Shown here piece by piece: positions 46,436 to 56,962 of a stretch of DNA of 64,000 nt. How positions within the stretch are numbered: the stretch's first letter is position 1; each line of letters begins with the position of its first letter. Both the position numbers and the translations under genes were made by a program. A model generated the notes under the pieces. That model had not been told where the DNA came from. It was given only the letters and a program-made list of their open reading frames with translations, and made no database searches. The stretch spans positions 310,001-374,000 of the forward strand of contig OZ025684.1 in the NCBI GenBank assembly GCA_964019335.1. The letters are read 5' to 3'. This stretch comes from Diplonema japonicum. Taxonomy: Eukaryota; Protista; Euglenozoa: Diplonemea.

Positions 46436-48231
46436 CCATCTATCAACGAGCGTCTATATATAGACGATTTGAAAAAAAATCTTTTACGCAAAGGGCTTTC
46501 AATGCAATACGGCCCGGCCCTTTCTTGCCGGCGGGGTCCTGCGCGGAAAATATGAAAAATATAAACTAAATGCTGCCCTAACTTAACAAGAAAATGAAAA
46601 AATAAAAAAAAACGCCAGCCCAAATTTACCCTTAAAAATCACTTCAAAAAAAGGCGCCCGGAAAGAGGCCGGAAGAGGACGTCATGAGTGATGGCAGCAC
46701 TGATGGCTCATCCCTATTATGCAATTTTGATACAAACAGTGATTCTGACACGAATTCGACCGATTCCGAGTCACAGCAGGGTGATTGGACGGCAAAGCCG
46801 GAGCAGTTGGAAGGCATCCGGTTTCGTGAAGATCGGAATCCTTGTGGACCCTGTTTTGACATCAAAGGCTCAACGCCATACCATATATTCTCCCAACTGC
46901 TCGTCCCAAACTTTATTCGGGTCATAACTTCGAACAATGTGGCAAATGCGGCTAAAAAAGGTGTCTCCCTGGATCTCGATGCTGCTTCTCTGCGTACCTT
47001 CCTAGGTGTCCTTTTGTCGATGGACTTGGATATCAAGCCAGATTATTCTGATTACTGGCGCACTGGCTCCACGTTTCTCAACTACACCCCTGGGTACGCC
47101 ACCGTCATGTCAAGAGACCGCTTTTTGACTATTCTGGGAAATCTGTGTTTCCACAGCGAAACAAACAAGCGTGCTGACTTCTACCTATCGCGAAGGCCTC
47201 CCGGAGATCATGGATGCCCCAAAGAAGCGAGGCCGCAAGCCCAAGGACGCGCATCCCACCGTTCCACCAGCACGCGAGCATCCTTTGCACCACAACGTGG
47301 CATGACATCAAGCCTGTGTGCTTTCTATCGACGTTGGATGTTCCAGTGAAGTCAAATTTGACCGTCCGCCAAAAGAGAATGAAAGCCGGAAAGGACATCT
47401 TGTTCCCCACCAAGTGCATATTTACAACACCGCAATGGGCGGAACCGACCTGGGTGACGCTGTGACAAAACGCCATAAACGCACCCTTATGACTTAAAAG
47501 TGGCCCCTAAAAGTATTTTCGTACTTGTTAGGTAAATCTCTGGCGAATGCTTGGCTTGTTTGGAAAGAAGCCTTGCCCCCCAACACCCTGAGTACGAACG
47601 ACAGTGTATTGACGCCTTTCAAAGAGGCAGTCATCGAAGGGCTACTAGGGAGGCAGTCTAAACAACAGATAAAGTCAACTACAGAGCAGGCTGCCCCAAT
47701 ACCATGCCCCGAAACACAGAACGAGTGCTCTGAGACCCCAATGCGCCGTGACAGTACCTTCTGGGACCATTTCCCCGAAAAAGTAGTGCAACGTGCGGTG
47801 CAAGCATTTCAAGTCGAAAAGACCCCTATTTCAGTGTTCAGCCTGCTTGGTACAACTTTGCGTGACTCCGTGCTTCAAAGACTGCCACCTTGCCGGGGAT
47901 ACCCCCAGAAACCCCTCCCGGGGTCAAAAAAGAAGTCCCCCAGCCCTGGGGCACGTACGAACCGCGTCAAGAAGGCCTTAAATAGCTTTTTATAGAATTT
48001 TACAGTCGATTTTTTTTGACTTGTTTTTTGTACCCCCTCTCGAGCACTTCAGGAACGATATTTTTGACAATGTTGTGGGGGTGGGCCCTGCTGTGGGCAC
48101 CCTCTCTCTAGAATTGGGACATCTGGAGGCATTTCCGGGGGCATATAGCCCCGGCGTTGCGCTAGAATAGCTTTTTTTGAAGTTTTGAAAATTTACCCCC
48201 TGGTGGGCAAAAATGGTCCGTTGGTAGATGG
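46436..48231 (+). mobile_element. piggyBac-family DNA transposon, internally deleted and degenerate (element PB2)
   Basis: TTAA at 46432-35 and 48232-35; TIRs CCATCTATCAACG / CGTTGGTAGATGG. Transposase remnants TPYHIFSQL...LRTFLGVLLSM...DYW...MSRDRFLTIL, WHDIKPVCFLST, MGGTDLGD, NAWLVW, and CSACLVQLCVTPCFKDCH. Confidence 0.92.
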
Positions 48232-49752
48232 TTAAATCTGACATTTCACGCAGACTCTGACCATGCCTTCATAGGTAGGCAGGGTCCTCTTATTAGGCGA
48301 ACAGCTTGTGCAAACCAGCACGCCGCACTTCCTACAGTGGTGCCGTCTGTTCAAAAGGGTGAATGGCTTCGTGCACAAAAGACAGTAACTTGAGCCCCCA
48401 TCAGGCACCCATTTTGACTGGTCTACGATTCCTTGTGTGCGATGTGCTTGCAACTGTGGCTGCGTTACTGGCTGAGCTTGCTGCACCGGACGCTGTTGCA
48501 ACTGCTGCACCGGCTGCTGAGGATGTAGCACCGGTTGCTGCTTTGCTGGCTGCGTTACTGGCTGAACTTGCTGCACCGGTTGCTGTTGCAACTGCTGCAC
48601 TGGATGTTTCTGATGTTGCGCCTGCTGCACCGGTTGCTGAGGATGTGACACCGCCACTTGCTGCACGGGGTTCCGTGCACTTACATATTGCTGAGGTTGC
48701 GGTGCTGCTACGTGTTGTGCTGGTTGCATTTGTAGTTGAACAGGTTGCTGCATAACTGGTGCTGCTTGTTGCATGACTGCAACAGGCTGTGCTTGTTGCA
48801 TGACCCGTTGGACATTTTGTACCTGCACTTGCAGCATTCTGCCGCACTCACAGCAGAACCTCGCAACAGCCCCCACAGCTGCCCCACATGCGGCGCAGTA
48901 CTTCGGGTGCTGCGGTTGCGGTACAACTGCTTGCTGCGGGTAAAGCTGCTGCGGTGCGGACTGCTGCATGGGCCGAACAAGTTGCTGCTGCTGCATGGGC
49001 CGCATTATGGGCTGCTGTTGCATCACTTGTTGCACGGGAAACTGTTGTTGCGCGACTGGTTGCTGCAGAGCATGCTGCACAGGAAATTGTTGTTGTTGCA
49101 TAGAAGGCTGCTGTTGCATAGGAGGTTGCTGTTGCATAGGAGGCGGTTGCTGGCTTCGCACAACTGGTTGCTGCACGGGAGGCTGCTGTTGGACAACTGA
49201 CTGTTGCTGCTCAGAAGGTTGCATAGAAGGCTGTTGCACTGAACGCTGATTCTGCACACCTGACTGTTGTAGGGATGGCTGTTGTTGCACAGGAGGCTGC
49301 TGTTAGAGAACTAGCTGTTGCTGCATAGGAGGCTCTTGCACAGGTGACTGTTGTTGGGTGAGTGGCTGTTGGACAATTGGCTGTTGCTGCATAGGAGGCT
49401 GTTGCACAGGTGACTGTTGTTGGGTGAGTGGCTGCTGTTGGGCAACTGGCTGCTGCTCAGGAGATTGCACGGGAGGCTGCACAGATGGCTGCTCTTGCAC
49501 CGGTTGGACAGCGTGTTGGATTCCGGTGTATTCTGCCACGGGCTGCACCGGGACCTCCACAGGCCGCGAGTCTTGTTCCGGTGTCGTCGACCTTATGGAA
49601 TGGGCTTCACGTACCTCAGCAGGTTGCACTTGCTGGCCTTCTGTGACTGCTACGTCGGGCGTCGCTTGTTCTACTAAGGGCTGTGGTTCTTCCTCTGGCT
49701 GTGCCTCCTCTGGCTGTGTTTGTTCGCGAGGCGAGTTGTTATTCCCTAACAT
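48232..49752 (-). pseudogene. Paralogue of the Q-rich zinc-ribbon-FYVE gene lacking the TPR block, with an in-frame nonsense codon
   Basis: Near-identical to parts of 43027-46047. CAA>TAA at 49303-49305 splits it into 149 and 352 aa ORFs. The TPR region is absent and the FYVE domain is retained. Confidence 0.7.
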
Positions 49753-50526
49753 AAGCCCTATTACCCTGAAACCTGTAGTGCTGGGACTGGAAAAGGTTTA
49801 GAAACAAAAAAACGAGTTCGGCGCTTCATGTTTGTGCGCCAGAGCGTTCCTCCCCTGTGTCAGGGCGACTTCGTTCAAAGTCGCGTGACTGACGAACCTT
49901 GTCGTCACTCCGTGACTCTGTCACGAAGGAGTCCTCGTTAGCCAGGGTTTACCAGGCACACACAAACAACTACGGCACTAGACTGGGACAGACTGTTCAG
50001 ATAAGTTTGTCACCTGTATGTCGACATTCCCCTTTTGTTTCAAAGACTCGTTCTTGCAAAAAAGACTAACAATAATAATAGTAAACCTTACAAAATAACG
50101 CATGATGGGAGAATATTCTTTTCCCAGCCCCTTTTTTTTTTGAGCTGCGAAAAGAGAGAGAAGACAACCTGGAAACTGCAGGGTCAACTGAGGTCTTTTT
50201 TGGCAGGTTTAAAAAAAGAAAAATAGAACCCAACAACCATAGCCCCGTTGATTACGCAGCAGGTCGGAGACTGCCAAGAAACGCCTTAAACACTTGTGTT
50301 TTATATCACTTAGGATGCGTTCTTTTCAGGTTCTTTCCTTTTCAATCGATTGTTATACGTATTTATAAAATATAGCGCGCATTCGACGACACTGATCAAG
50401 CGACTGGCACCTTCCGAAGAAGGGCCTCCCACGTCCGCCGGGTTGAGCAGAAGATGCCCCGGGGCGGCCGTTCCAGTCTGATGTGTTTCATACAGCGCAC
50501 AACTGCGACAAAAAAAAAAAAAAAAA

Positions 50527-50569
50527 GAGAGACATTTAAGGGTACCTGCGGTGTGTGGCAGGACGCCTG
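50527..50569. repeat. Short repeat F; also ~61985-62026, ~51323-51356, and inverted at ~25828-25870
   Basis: AGAGACATTTAAGGGTACCTGCGGT(A/G)TGTGGCAGGACGCCTG. Confidence 0.85.
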
Positions 50570-50744
50570 AATCTATCTCACCCTCCTCTGTACCTTAGGT
50601 ATAAAACCCTCAACCGAGTTGGTAAGGACACAATAGTTGTACAGTTGTCTCAAGGATGTGGCGGGTTGCCGGGGAATACCGGTCTAGAGGAGTAGCCCCT
50701 TATGGAGCCGTTGTAGTAACCCAACGGGCGTAGGCTGTGTCCAG

Positions 50745-50900
50745 CACGAGTCCCTCCGTCGCAATGCCATGCAGTTGTGTGCACCGGGGCCACTGGTTAC
50801 GTTGTGTGTACAGTGCCGCCAGCTTCTCAGATTCTGTCCTGATGTGCTCGTGCGCCTGGCAGTCCCAGAGGGTGTGCTCCAGGAGTCTTGACGTATGTGC
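50745..50900 (-). mobile_element. LINE ORF2 C-terminal fragment, related family
   Basis: Minus translation LLEHTLWDCQAHEHIR...WPRCTQLHGIATEG aligns with LEHALWECEKAKEV...EPCTKLHGILPRG of the 33 kb LINE. Confidence 0.6.
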
Positions 50901-51991
50901 GAAATGTCGAAAGTAGCGATGAGGTAAAAGGAAGTTCTGTTTGAAGAAGAAAAAAAAGAATTATGGGGACTTCCGTTCCTTTTTTTTGGATTAAGGATTT
51001 AGGTCCCATTTCCCATTGAGAAAGAAGTACTACATTTTTACAAACTTTAAAAGAAAAGGGGGAGGGGAGCGTTGGTGCCCCGCACAAGCACTGTCTACTT
51101 GATTTCAGGGGTAAAACCTCGGCCATATTAAGTCCAAGTTAGGTACAACAGTTTCCGGCCATTCTTTTTCTTTTAAATAGTAAAAGAGTGAAACAAAAAC
51201 GAATTTTTTTCTTCTTTAATAATCGCAGAAAGGTGCAAATGAACGTTGAAAAGAGTGTGCCCCCACCGTAGTTTTTGCACACAGAGTTGAGAAAAAAAAA
51301 AAAAAAAAAAAAAAAAAGACTATTTAAGGGTGCCTGCAGTATGTGGCAGGGCGCCCGGCACAAGTATCGTCTACTTGATTACAGGGGGCGCGCCTCGGCC
51401 TAGTTGTAGCTTCTTCTACGTTCAGCCATGGCGCCCCTGGTAACCAAGATTCTGAGCCCGTGCAGCAATAAAAGAATTGGTGGTGCCATGCAATATGTGA
51501 CACAGCGGCCACCCTTGTGAAGCTTCGCCCCGAAGCCCCTGTGGTCCAAAAGTGGAGAGGTAAAGAAAGATATTCTTTGAAATAGAAGCAATTTAACGCC
51601 AACCGTGGAGAAGCAACTTGTCATGGATGCTAACTGGTGCCACACGTAGGGTAGGCTCTCCACCCCCGTCCAGTATTCCCCACGTGTACGGCTTAAGAAC
51701 GAGAGTTTCCCTCAACCACAATAAAACAGGAACCACCACAGGGAGGTTGGCAACATCGGGGAAAAAAAATACTGCCAGTGAAAGTATTTTGAAAGGAAAA
51801 ACCACAAAATACCACCTCTTCTTGAACCCCCTATATTGTGCGTATTCCGGGGCAGGCATTTAGGCTAGGGAAGGTTAAATCGGCCTATGGGTGCTTCTTC
51901 ATAGAAGCGAGTGAAGAAACGCACAAACGTAAAGGCACTCAAAAAGAACAAGATCAGGTTGAGTCCGGTTTTCTTTTTTTTCTTTTTTTTT

Positions 51992-52618
51992 CTAGAAGAA
52001 TTTAATATAAAATTCAGGGAGCAAGACTAGCAGCCCTGACACAATAAAGCACGCTTCACCCATGAGCTTCCCCACCATGGTCGTCCTGACAGAATCTTTT
52101 GTGGTGCCCAGACCGTTATAGCTATCGAGGTCCCAGAGGTAGTCTGTCATCATCCCTGTTCCAATAATGTTCAGCAAACCTCCTAAGAGGTAGCATGCGA
52201 GGAAGAATGTCGAGGCGATGGTGATGTGCTTGTGTTTCTTTATGCCCCACATCGCAAGAAGGCCGAGGAAGAAAGCAGAAGATGAAACGATGCCTGAACC
52301 AGCAGACATAAGGCGCATGGCTTTGATGTACTTTCCAGGTAGCCTGTCCTCAAGCTCATCAATGTTCTTAGCCCAAGTAATACACACAGCTAGAAGGAAG
52401 TACAGCCAGATGCCCAGCAGTAAAACGGCGCTCCTGACTCTGTGCCACTTCGTCATCCCTGTTCCTTGATGGAGGCCGGCGTTGTCGGTTCTTCGTACAA
52501 CCGTCACCTCTGTTTTCTGCTTCCTTATGGTTTTTTTCTTCGTGGTCTGGTTCTTCCTCTTCGCCTCCGCCTCCGCCTCTAGCTCCGCAAGAAGACCATC
52601 TTCTAAGTCTGTAGGCAT
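51992..52618 (-). CDS. Small four-transmembrane protein, divergent family member 1
   Basis: 208 aa with four hydrophobic segments. HRVRS...LLLGI.LYFLLAVCI and GKLMGEACFI.SGLLVLLP are shared with three paralogues. Confidence 0.85.
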   Translation of the reverse strand: MPTDLEDGLLAELEAEAEAKRKNQTTKKKTIRKQKTEVTVVRRTDNAGLHQGTGMTKWHRVRSAVLLLGIWLYFLLAVCITWAKNIDELEDRLPGKYIKAMRLMSAGSGIVSSSAFFLGLLAMWGIKKHKHITIASTFFLACYLLGGLLNIIGTGMMTDYLWDLDSYNGLGTTKDSVRTTMVGKLMGEACFIVSGLLVLLPEFYIKFF

Positions 52619-53086
52619 ATTTTCTTTTTCTTTTTTTTTTTTTCGCGATTTATTTGTTCTTTTTTTTATATTTGAATTGATAGTACACGGAAAGATGGGG
52701 GATGGGGGGGGGAGGGAGTGTGTGTTTTTGTGTGCGCGAGGGGGAGAGGGAGGCTTATCTTTTTTTTTCTTTTTTTTTTATTTTCTCTTTATTTTGAAGG
52801 AAAAAAAAAAGAAGTAAACTAGAAAGGGATAAAAGGAGGGAAAGATGACAAGGAAACGACTAAAGGGGAGGGGGGGGGGGGGGGGTACTCCTCAGAATCT
52901 TTTGGCTTTCACATTCATTATCAAAGGAACGAACTAGTTAGCAACGGCCCATCGCAGTGGCGCTGCCTACCTTATGATTCTCCCCTTCTGGGGCCGTTCC
53001 CTTGCTACACAGTAGTGCCTAGCTGACGTTTTGTATCATCCAAATAAATAGGTTTTACAGTTATTTCTTTCGGAAGATACGCCCCT

Positions 53087-53121
<35 letters not shown>

Positions 53122-53668
53122 GCATCAGCGTGTTATCATCGTAGCAAATCAGCTTTTCAAGCAATTTCGCATTTTCCACTTTTTTCACCTTCTTTTTTTT
53201 TTTTCCCCCTTTCGTTTTCTTTTCCCCACTTTCTTCCCCACCTTCTTGTAACGTGGGATGCTGATTGATGAAATTGGGGGAGCAGGGGGGAGGGAAGGGG
53301 GGAGAAACAAACACAACAAGGCACTCAAAATACAAAACCCCGAGTACACCAAGCAGTGCAAGAACCCACGCCCACAGACTTGCTGCACACGGCGCTCCAA
53401 CAGGGCGACAGTGCCCTTCGAGAACTGGTATGCGTTCCGCTTTTTTTTCTCTTTTTTCCTTTTTTTTTCTTCCTCATTTTTCTTCAGAATCATCACTGGG
53501 AAAGAACTCAAAAAAAAAGGGTGGGGGGGGGGGGGGGGGGGGGACGAGTCAAAAAAACCCGTCCTTGGAAGGATGAACGAAAAAAAAAAAAAAAAAAAGA
53601 TTAATAGAAAACCAAAATGGAGCAAAACAAAAACAAAATAAAAAAAAAAAAAAAATTCGAAGTAAGTA

Positions 53669-54175
53669 TCAAATATGGATACCAAAGTCAGGGAGCAAGA
53701 CAAGCAGACCAGATGCAATGAAACACGCTTCCCCCATGAGCTGCCCGACTAACTGGGAGCGAAGGGCACTGAGTGACTCATCATCGCCTGGGTCCTTGTC
53801 CCAGTAGTAGTTCGTGAAGATGCCAAGCCCGATGACATCTACGGTACCACCGGCTAAATAGCAAGCGAGGAAGAAGTAACTAACCATTTTTGTGGTGAAG
53901 TTGTACCCGACACCCCATGCTGCAAGGAGCCCAAGGAAGAAGGCACATCCCTCCACAGTCCCTGCCCCAGCCGCCATCAGGTACAGGGATTTCTTTAATT
54001 TTTCTTCTGCGTAAGATGGAAGCTCATTGATAGTCTTCGCCCTCGGGATGCACACTGCCAGCAGGAAGTACAGGAAGATCCCGAGCAGCAGCACGCACGA
54101 CCGCACCCTGTGCCCCAAGGTCGTCCTCTTCACCCCCTTCCCGCTCCCTACTAAGGTAGTTTCTTCGTGAACCAT
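53669..54175 (-). CDS. Small four-transmembrane protein, member 2
   Basis: 168 aa from MVHEETT with the family motifs above. Confidence 0.85.
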   Translation of the reverse strand: MVHEETTLVGSGKGVKRTTLGHRVRSCVLLLGIFLYFLLAVCIPRAKTINELPSYAEEKLKKSLYLMAAGAGTVEGCAFFLGLLAAWGVGYNFTTKMVSYFFLACYLAGGTVDVIGLGIFTNYYWDKDPGDDESLSALRSQLVGQLMGEACFIASGLLVLLPDFGIHI

Positions 54176-54324
54176 TATTTCGTTTTTTTTTTTTCTCCCC
54201 CCCACTGGTTACTTGAATCTGAAGTGAACAAAAAAAAAAAAAAAAAAAAAGAATTAATAAGAAAATTTAGAAACCAAAAAATTGGTTAGGTGAAACGGTC
54301 CCAAGTTTTTATTTTCTTTTTTAT

Positions 54325-55647
54325 TCAACACTTTCTCTGCTTGAGCAAACCCTGCCTGTACAATTCTTTGGCGGACCTCGGAAGCGCGCGCAGCTGCTTC
54401 TTCGTCAGCGTTGCGAGTTCCTTGCTATAAGGACTCCCGTGCGACTTGCTTCCCGAAACAAGGAACTTTTCCGAGGTAGGCGCATCGCTTGACGCAGCGA
54501 GACCGTCACGATACTTCTGCATCAGAGTACTCACAAGGGGGTTGACCCTGCCCTTTTCTATAACGGGAGGAGGCGGAGGAAGACCGAACCCACTCAGCCA
54601 AGCCTCAGTGTAGACAGGGGTGTAAAAACATGGGGTAGTACAAGACGACCTCGAGTACTTCACCACAAAGCAAGGGAGCACAAGACTTGCATCGAAAAAA
54701 ACGCAAGCACCCCCTGGCTGTTTGACACTGGTACTGTACACGCCCCCTATCAGCCCCGCACAGACGAACATGTACCCGCAGCCACGTGTGTAGTTGTCGC
54801 TGATCTGTGGTCCCGTCCCAGTGTAGATGCCTACACCGAAGGCGGATCCGTTTGCGACTGCAATTTTGTTGCCTTTGCCTGGAATGCGAAGACCTGTTTC
54901 TATGATAGGTTTGATGTTATGTGCTGCCGTCCCGTGGAACAGCATAACAGGGGTCATGTCAGAACCAAGCTTTTTAGAGAATGGCTCAGCAAGGTCTTTC
55001 TGGCACACGTTAATTATCTCTTCGGGGTTCATATAGCGATCGTTGAAAGACTTTTTGATCTTTTCTTCAAAGTCCGGCCAATAGACCTCCGGGTTGAACA
55101 CTGAGATGGGTGGTTCCTTTTTTTTGAGTTTTTCCCGCTTCTCTTTTTCTTCTTTTTCCTTTTTCGGCGGGTTTGTGGTCTTCACTGCTGCTTTTGTGTT
55201 GTCGAAGTCCTTCACCATCCATGCGTGGCCTTCCTCTTCTAGATCTTCGTATGTTTCCCAAGTTGGTTCTTTCGCCAGCTTCCATTTAACGAGGTAGTGA
55301 CGCTCTCCTTTTACCCTTGAGCGTTTTAGTATTGCTTCCGGTTGCCAGTTTGTCAGATCTTGGTCTTCCCACGATTCGCCATATGAGTCTGCTCTGTTCG
55401 ATATGAGAAGGTTCTCTTCTTCTTCTTCTTCTTGTTGTTTTTCTGGTGTTTCTAGTGCTTCTTCTTCCTTCTCGAGGGATTCCATGATTTTCAAATACCT
55501 CTGCTTGTCCTTTACGGCCTCTGAGTACCATGTTGTGTCCTCGGAGTTGCAGTTTTGCAACGGGCCCGTCTCCTCGGCGGTCTCGCAGATTTCAAGTAAG
55601 ATGGCCTCGTCTTCGGTGGAAAAGGGCAGGTGCTCCTGGTCGAACAT
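54325..55647 (-). CDS. Chromodomain - PARP-like ADP-ribosyltransferase fusion protein
   Basis: Chromo motif WQPEAILKRSRVKGERHYLVKWK..EPTWETYEDL. ART motifs LFHGT..NI..I...GL, NGSAFGVGIY, SDNY, MFVC, VLPCFVVKY. Confidence 0.85.
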   Translation of the reverse strand: MFDQEHLPFSTEDEAILLEICETAEETGPLQNCNSEDTTWYSEAVKDKQRYLKIMESLEKEEEALETPEKQQEEEEEENLLISNRADSYGESWEDQDLTNWQPEAILKRSRVKGERHYLVKWKLAKEPTWETYEDLEEEGHAWMVKDFDNTKAAVKTTNPPKKEKEEKEKREKLKKKEPPISVFNPEVYWPDFEEKIKKSFNDRYMNPEEIINVCQKDLAEPFSKKLGSDMTPVMLFHGTAAHNIKPIIETGLRIPGKGNKIAVANGSAFGVGIYTGTGPQISDNYTRGCGYMFVCAGLIGGVYSTSVKQPGGACVFFDASLVLPCFVVKYSRSSCTTPCFYTPVYTEAWLSGFGLPPPPPVIEKGRVNPLVSTLMQKYRDGLAASSDAPTSEKFLVSGSKSHGSPYSKELATLTKKQLRALPRSAKELYRQGLLKQRKC

Positions 55648-55666
55648 TTTTCTTTTTTTTTTCTTC

Positions 55667-55874
55667 CCCGCTTACTTTTAAAAACACGTCTCGAGAGGAA
55701 TTAAAAGGAACAAAGAATGGGATAAGAAAAGAAGAAAAAAAGAAGAAGGAAAAAAAAAAGAAAACCGTTGGGGATAGCGGGAAACAGCTGGTCTTCTTTT
55801 TTTTTTTTTTTTTTTTTTTTCCCGCTTACTTTTAAAAACACGTCTCGAGAGGAATTAAAAGGAACAAAGAATGG
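55667..55874. repeat. Local tandem duplication (~154-bp period) immediately upstream of the chromo-ART start
   Basis: CCCGCTTACTTTTAAAAACACGTCTCGAGAGGAATTAAAAGGAACAAAGAATGG occurs at ~55667 and ~55821. Confidence 0.85.
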
Positions 55875-56058
55875 CATAAGAAAGAAGAAAAAAAGAAAAA
55901 AAGAAGAAGAAAAAAAAATATATAAGAGTTAAAGGAGGCCGGTGTTGGCGGCACCCTGCACAAGAACTGTCTACTTGATTACAGGGGGCGCACCGCGGCC
56001 GAGTTGTAGCTTCTTCTGCATTCCGCGTCGTGTCCTTAATGCGTGCGGTGTACAGTTC

Positions 56059-56807
56059 AGTTAAAGGAAGTCTTTGTGAGACGCCCCCTTGTGCTCATCT
56101 TCTACCTGCACCTATCCCCTTTCAGCAGCGGTTTCTCCTCCTTTGGTGGTCTTGCCGGCCTTCTCCCCAGCCTGGCCGCTCTTTCTCTTCGTTCTCTTGC
56201 CCATTGTCCTTTCAACGCCTCTAGGTCATGCTTGGTCTTCGGTGATGCAAATATCGCCCTCCTGTTCCATCCGATCACCGCCTTTGTCCTCCCGATGGAT
56301 CGTAGTGTATGCACCTTGTGCTCGGCTCAGCTGGGAAGGCCCTCCTTCCTTTCACCTTCTTCAGTACCCTCCCTAGCTCCCATGTGTGCCAGATCTTCTT
56401 CATCAGTCCATGCAATCTCCTCGCTTTCTGCTGTACTTCTGCGAGATCCCCCAGCTTCCCTCCAAGGGTCTTCCCGGTCACGTTCTCGAATTCCAGTGCC
56501 AGCTCCACCGTCGACACTGACGTGTTCCTGCTGCCTGCATACCAGCGCAGTTGCCGCATCCACCTCAGCACCTCCTTCGTGTACTCCCGTAGGACATCCC
56601 CTGCCGGTAGCTTGCCGAAGTCCTTGTCCGACGGTACTGGGTGTTCTTGACCTTGTGTGATCTCCAGCCACTGGTGTGTGTGGTACACCTCCTGCCTCTT
56701 CGCTTGTAGGGCTGCGTCCCGCTCCCCCACCACCGCCAGCAGGTGCCTCTGCGTTCCTTCGAGCCTTTCCCTGACATCCTTCCCTGCTCCCCTTGGCAGG
56801 ATGCCAT
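56059..56807 (-). mobile_element. 5'-truncated LINE 3' end, copy 2
   Basis: Near-identical to 32817-33569, with a different frameshift from copy 1. Confidence 0.75.
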
Positions 56808-56815
56808 TTAAATCC

Positions 56816-56884
56816 GCCGGAGTGGGGTTTGAACCCGCTTCGCCTAGGTGCAGGGCAAAGCCCTCCCAACTAGACCACCCTGGC
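56816..56884 (-). pseudogene. tRNA-like sequence (pseudo-tRNA or SINE head) abutting the 5' end of LINE copy 2
   Basis: GCCAGGGTGGTCTAGTTGGGAGGGCTTTGCCCTGCACCTAGGCGAAGCGGGTTCAAACCCCACTCCGGC: A-box TGGTCTAGTTGG, B-box GGTTCAAACCC, acceptor stem pairing 6 of 7, irregular anticodon loop. Confidence 0.65.
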
Positions 56885-56921
56885 CTTCTGAAAAAAAAAA
56901 TAAAATGATAACTTGATACCA

Positions 56922-56962
<41 letters not shown>

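Noticed and set aside
49303-49305. In-frame TAA aligned to Gln, suggesting stop-codon reassignment
   Set aside because: A single instance explained by one C>T change; TAA terminates other genes in the window (3812, 9281, 22888).
56816-56884. Functional tRNA gene (Cys-like GCA)
   Set aside because: Mismatches in the acceptor and T stems, an oversized anticodon loop, essentially no variable loop, and no adjacent T-run terminator; kept only as tRNA-like.
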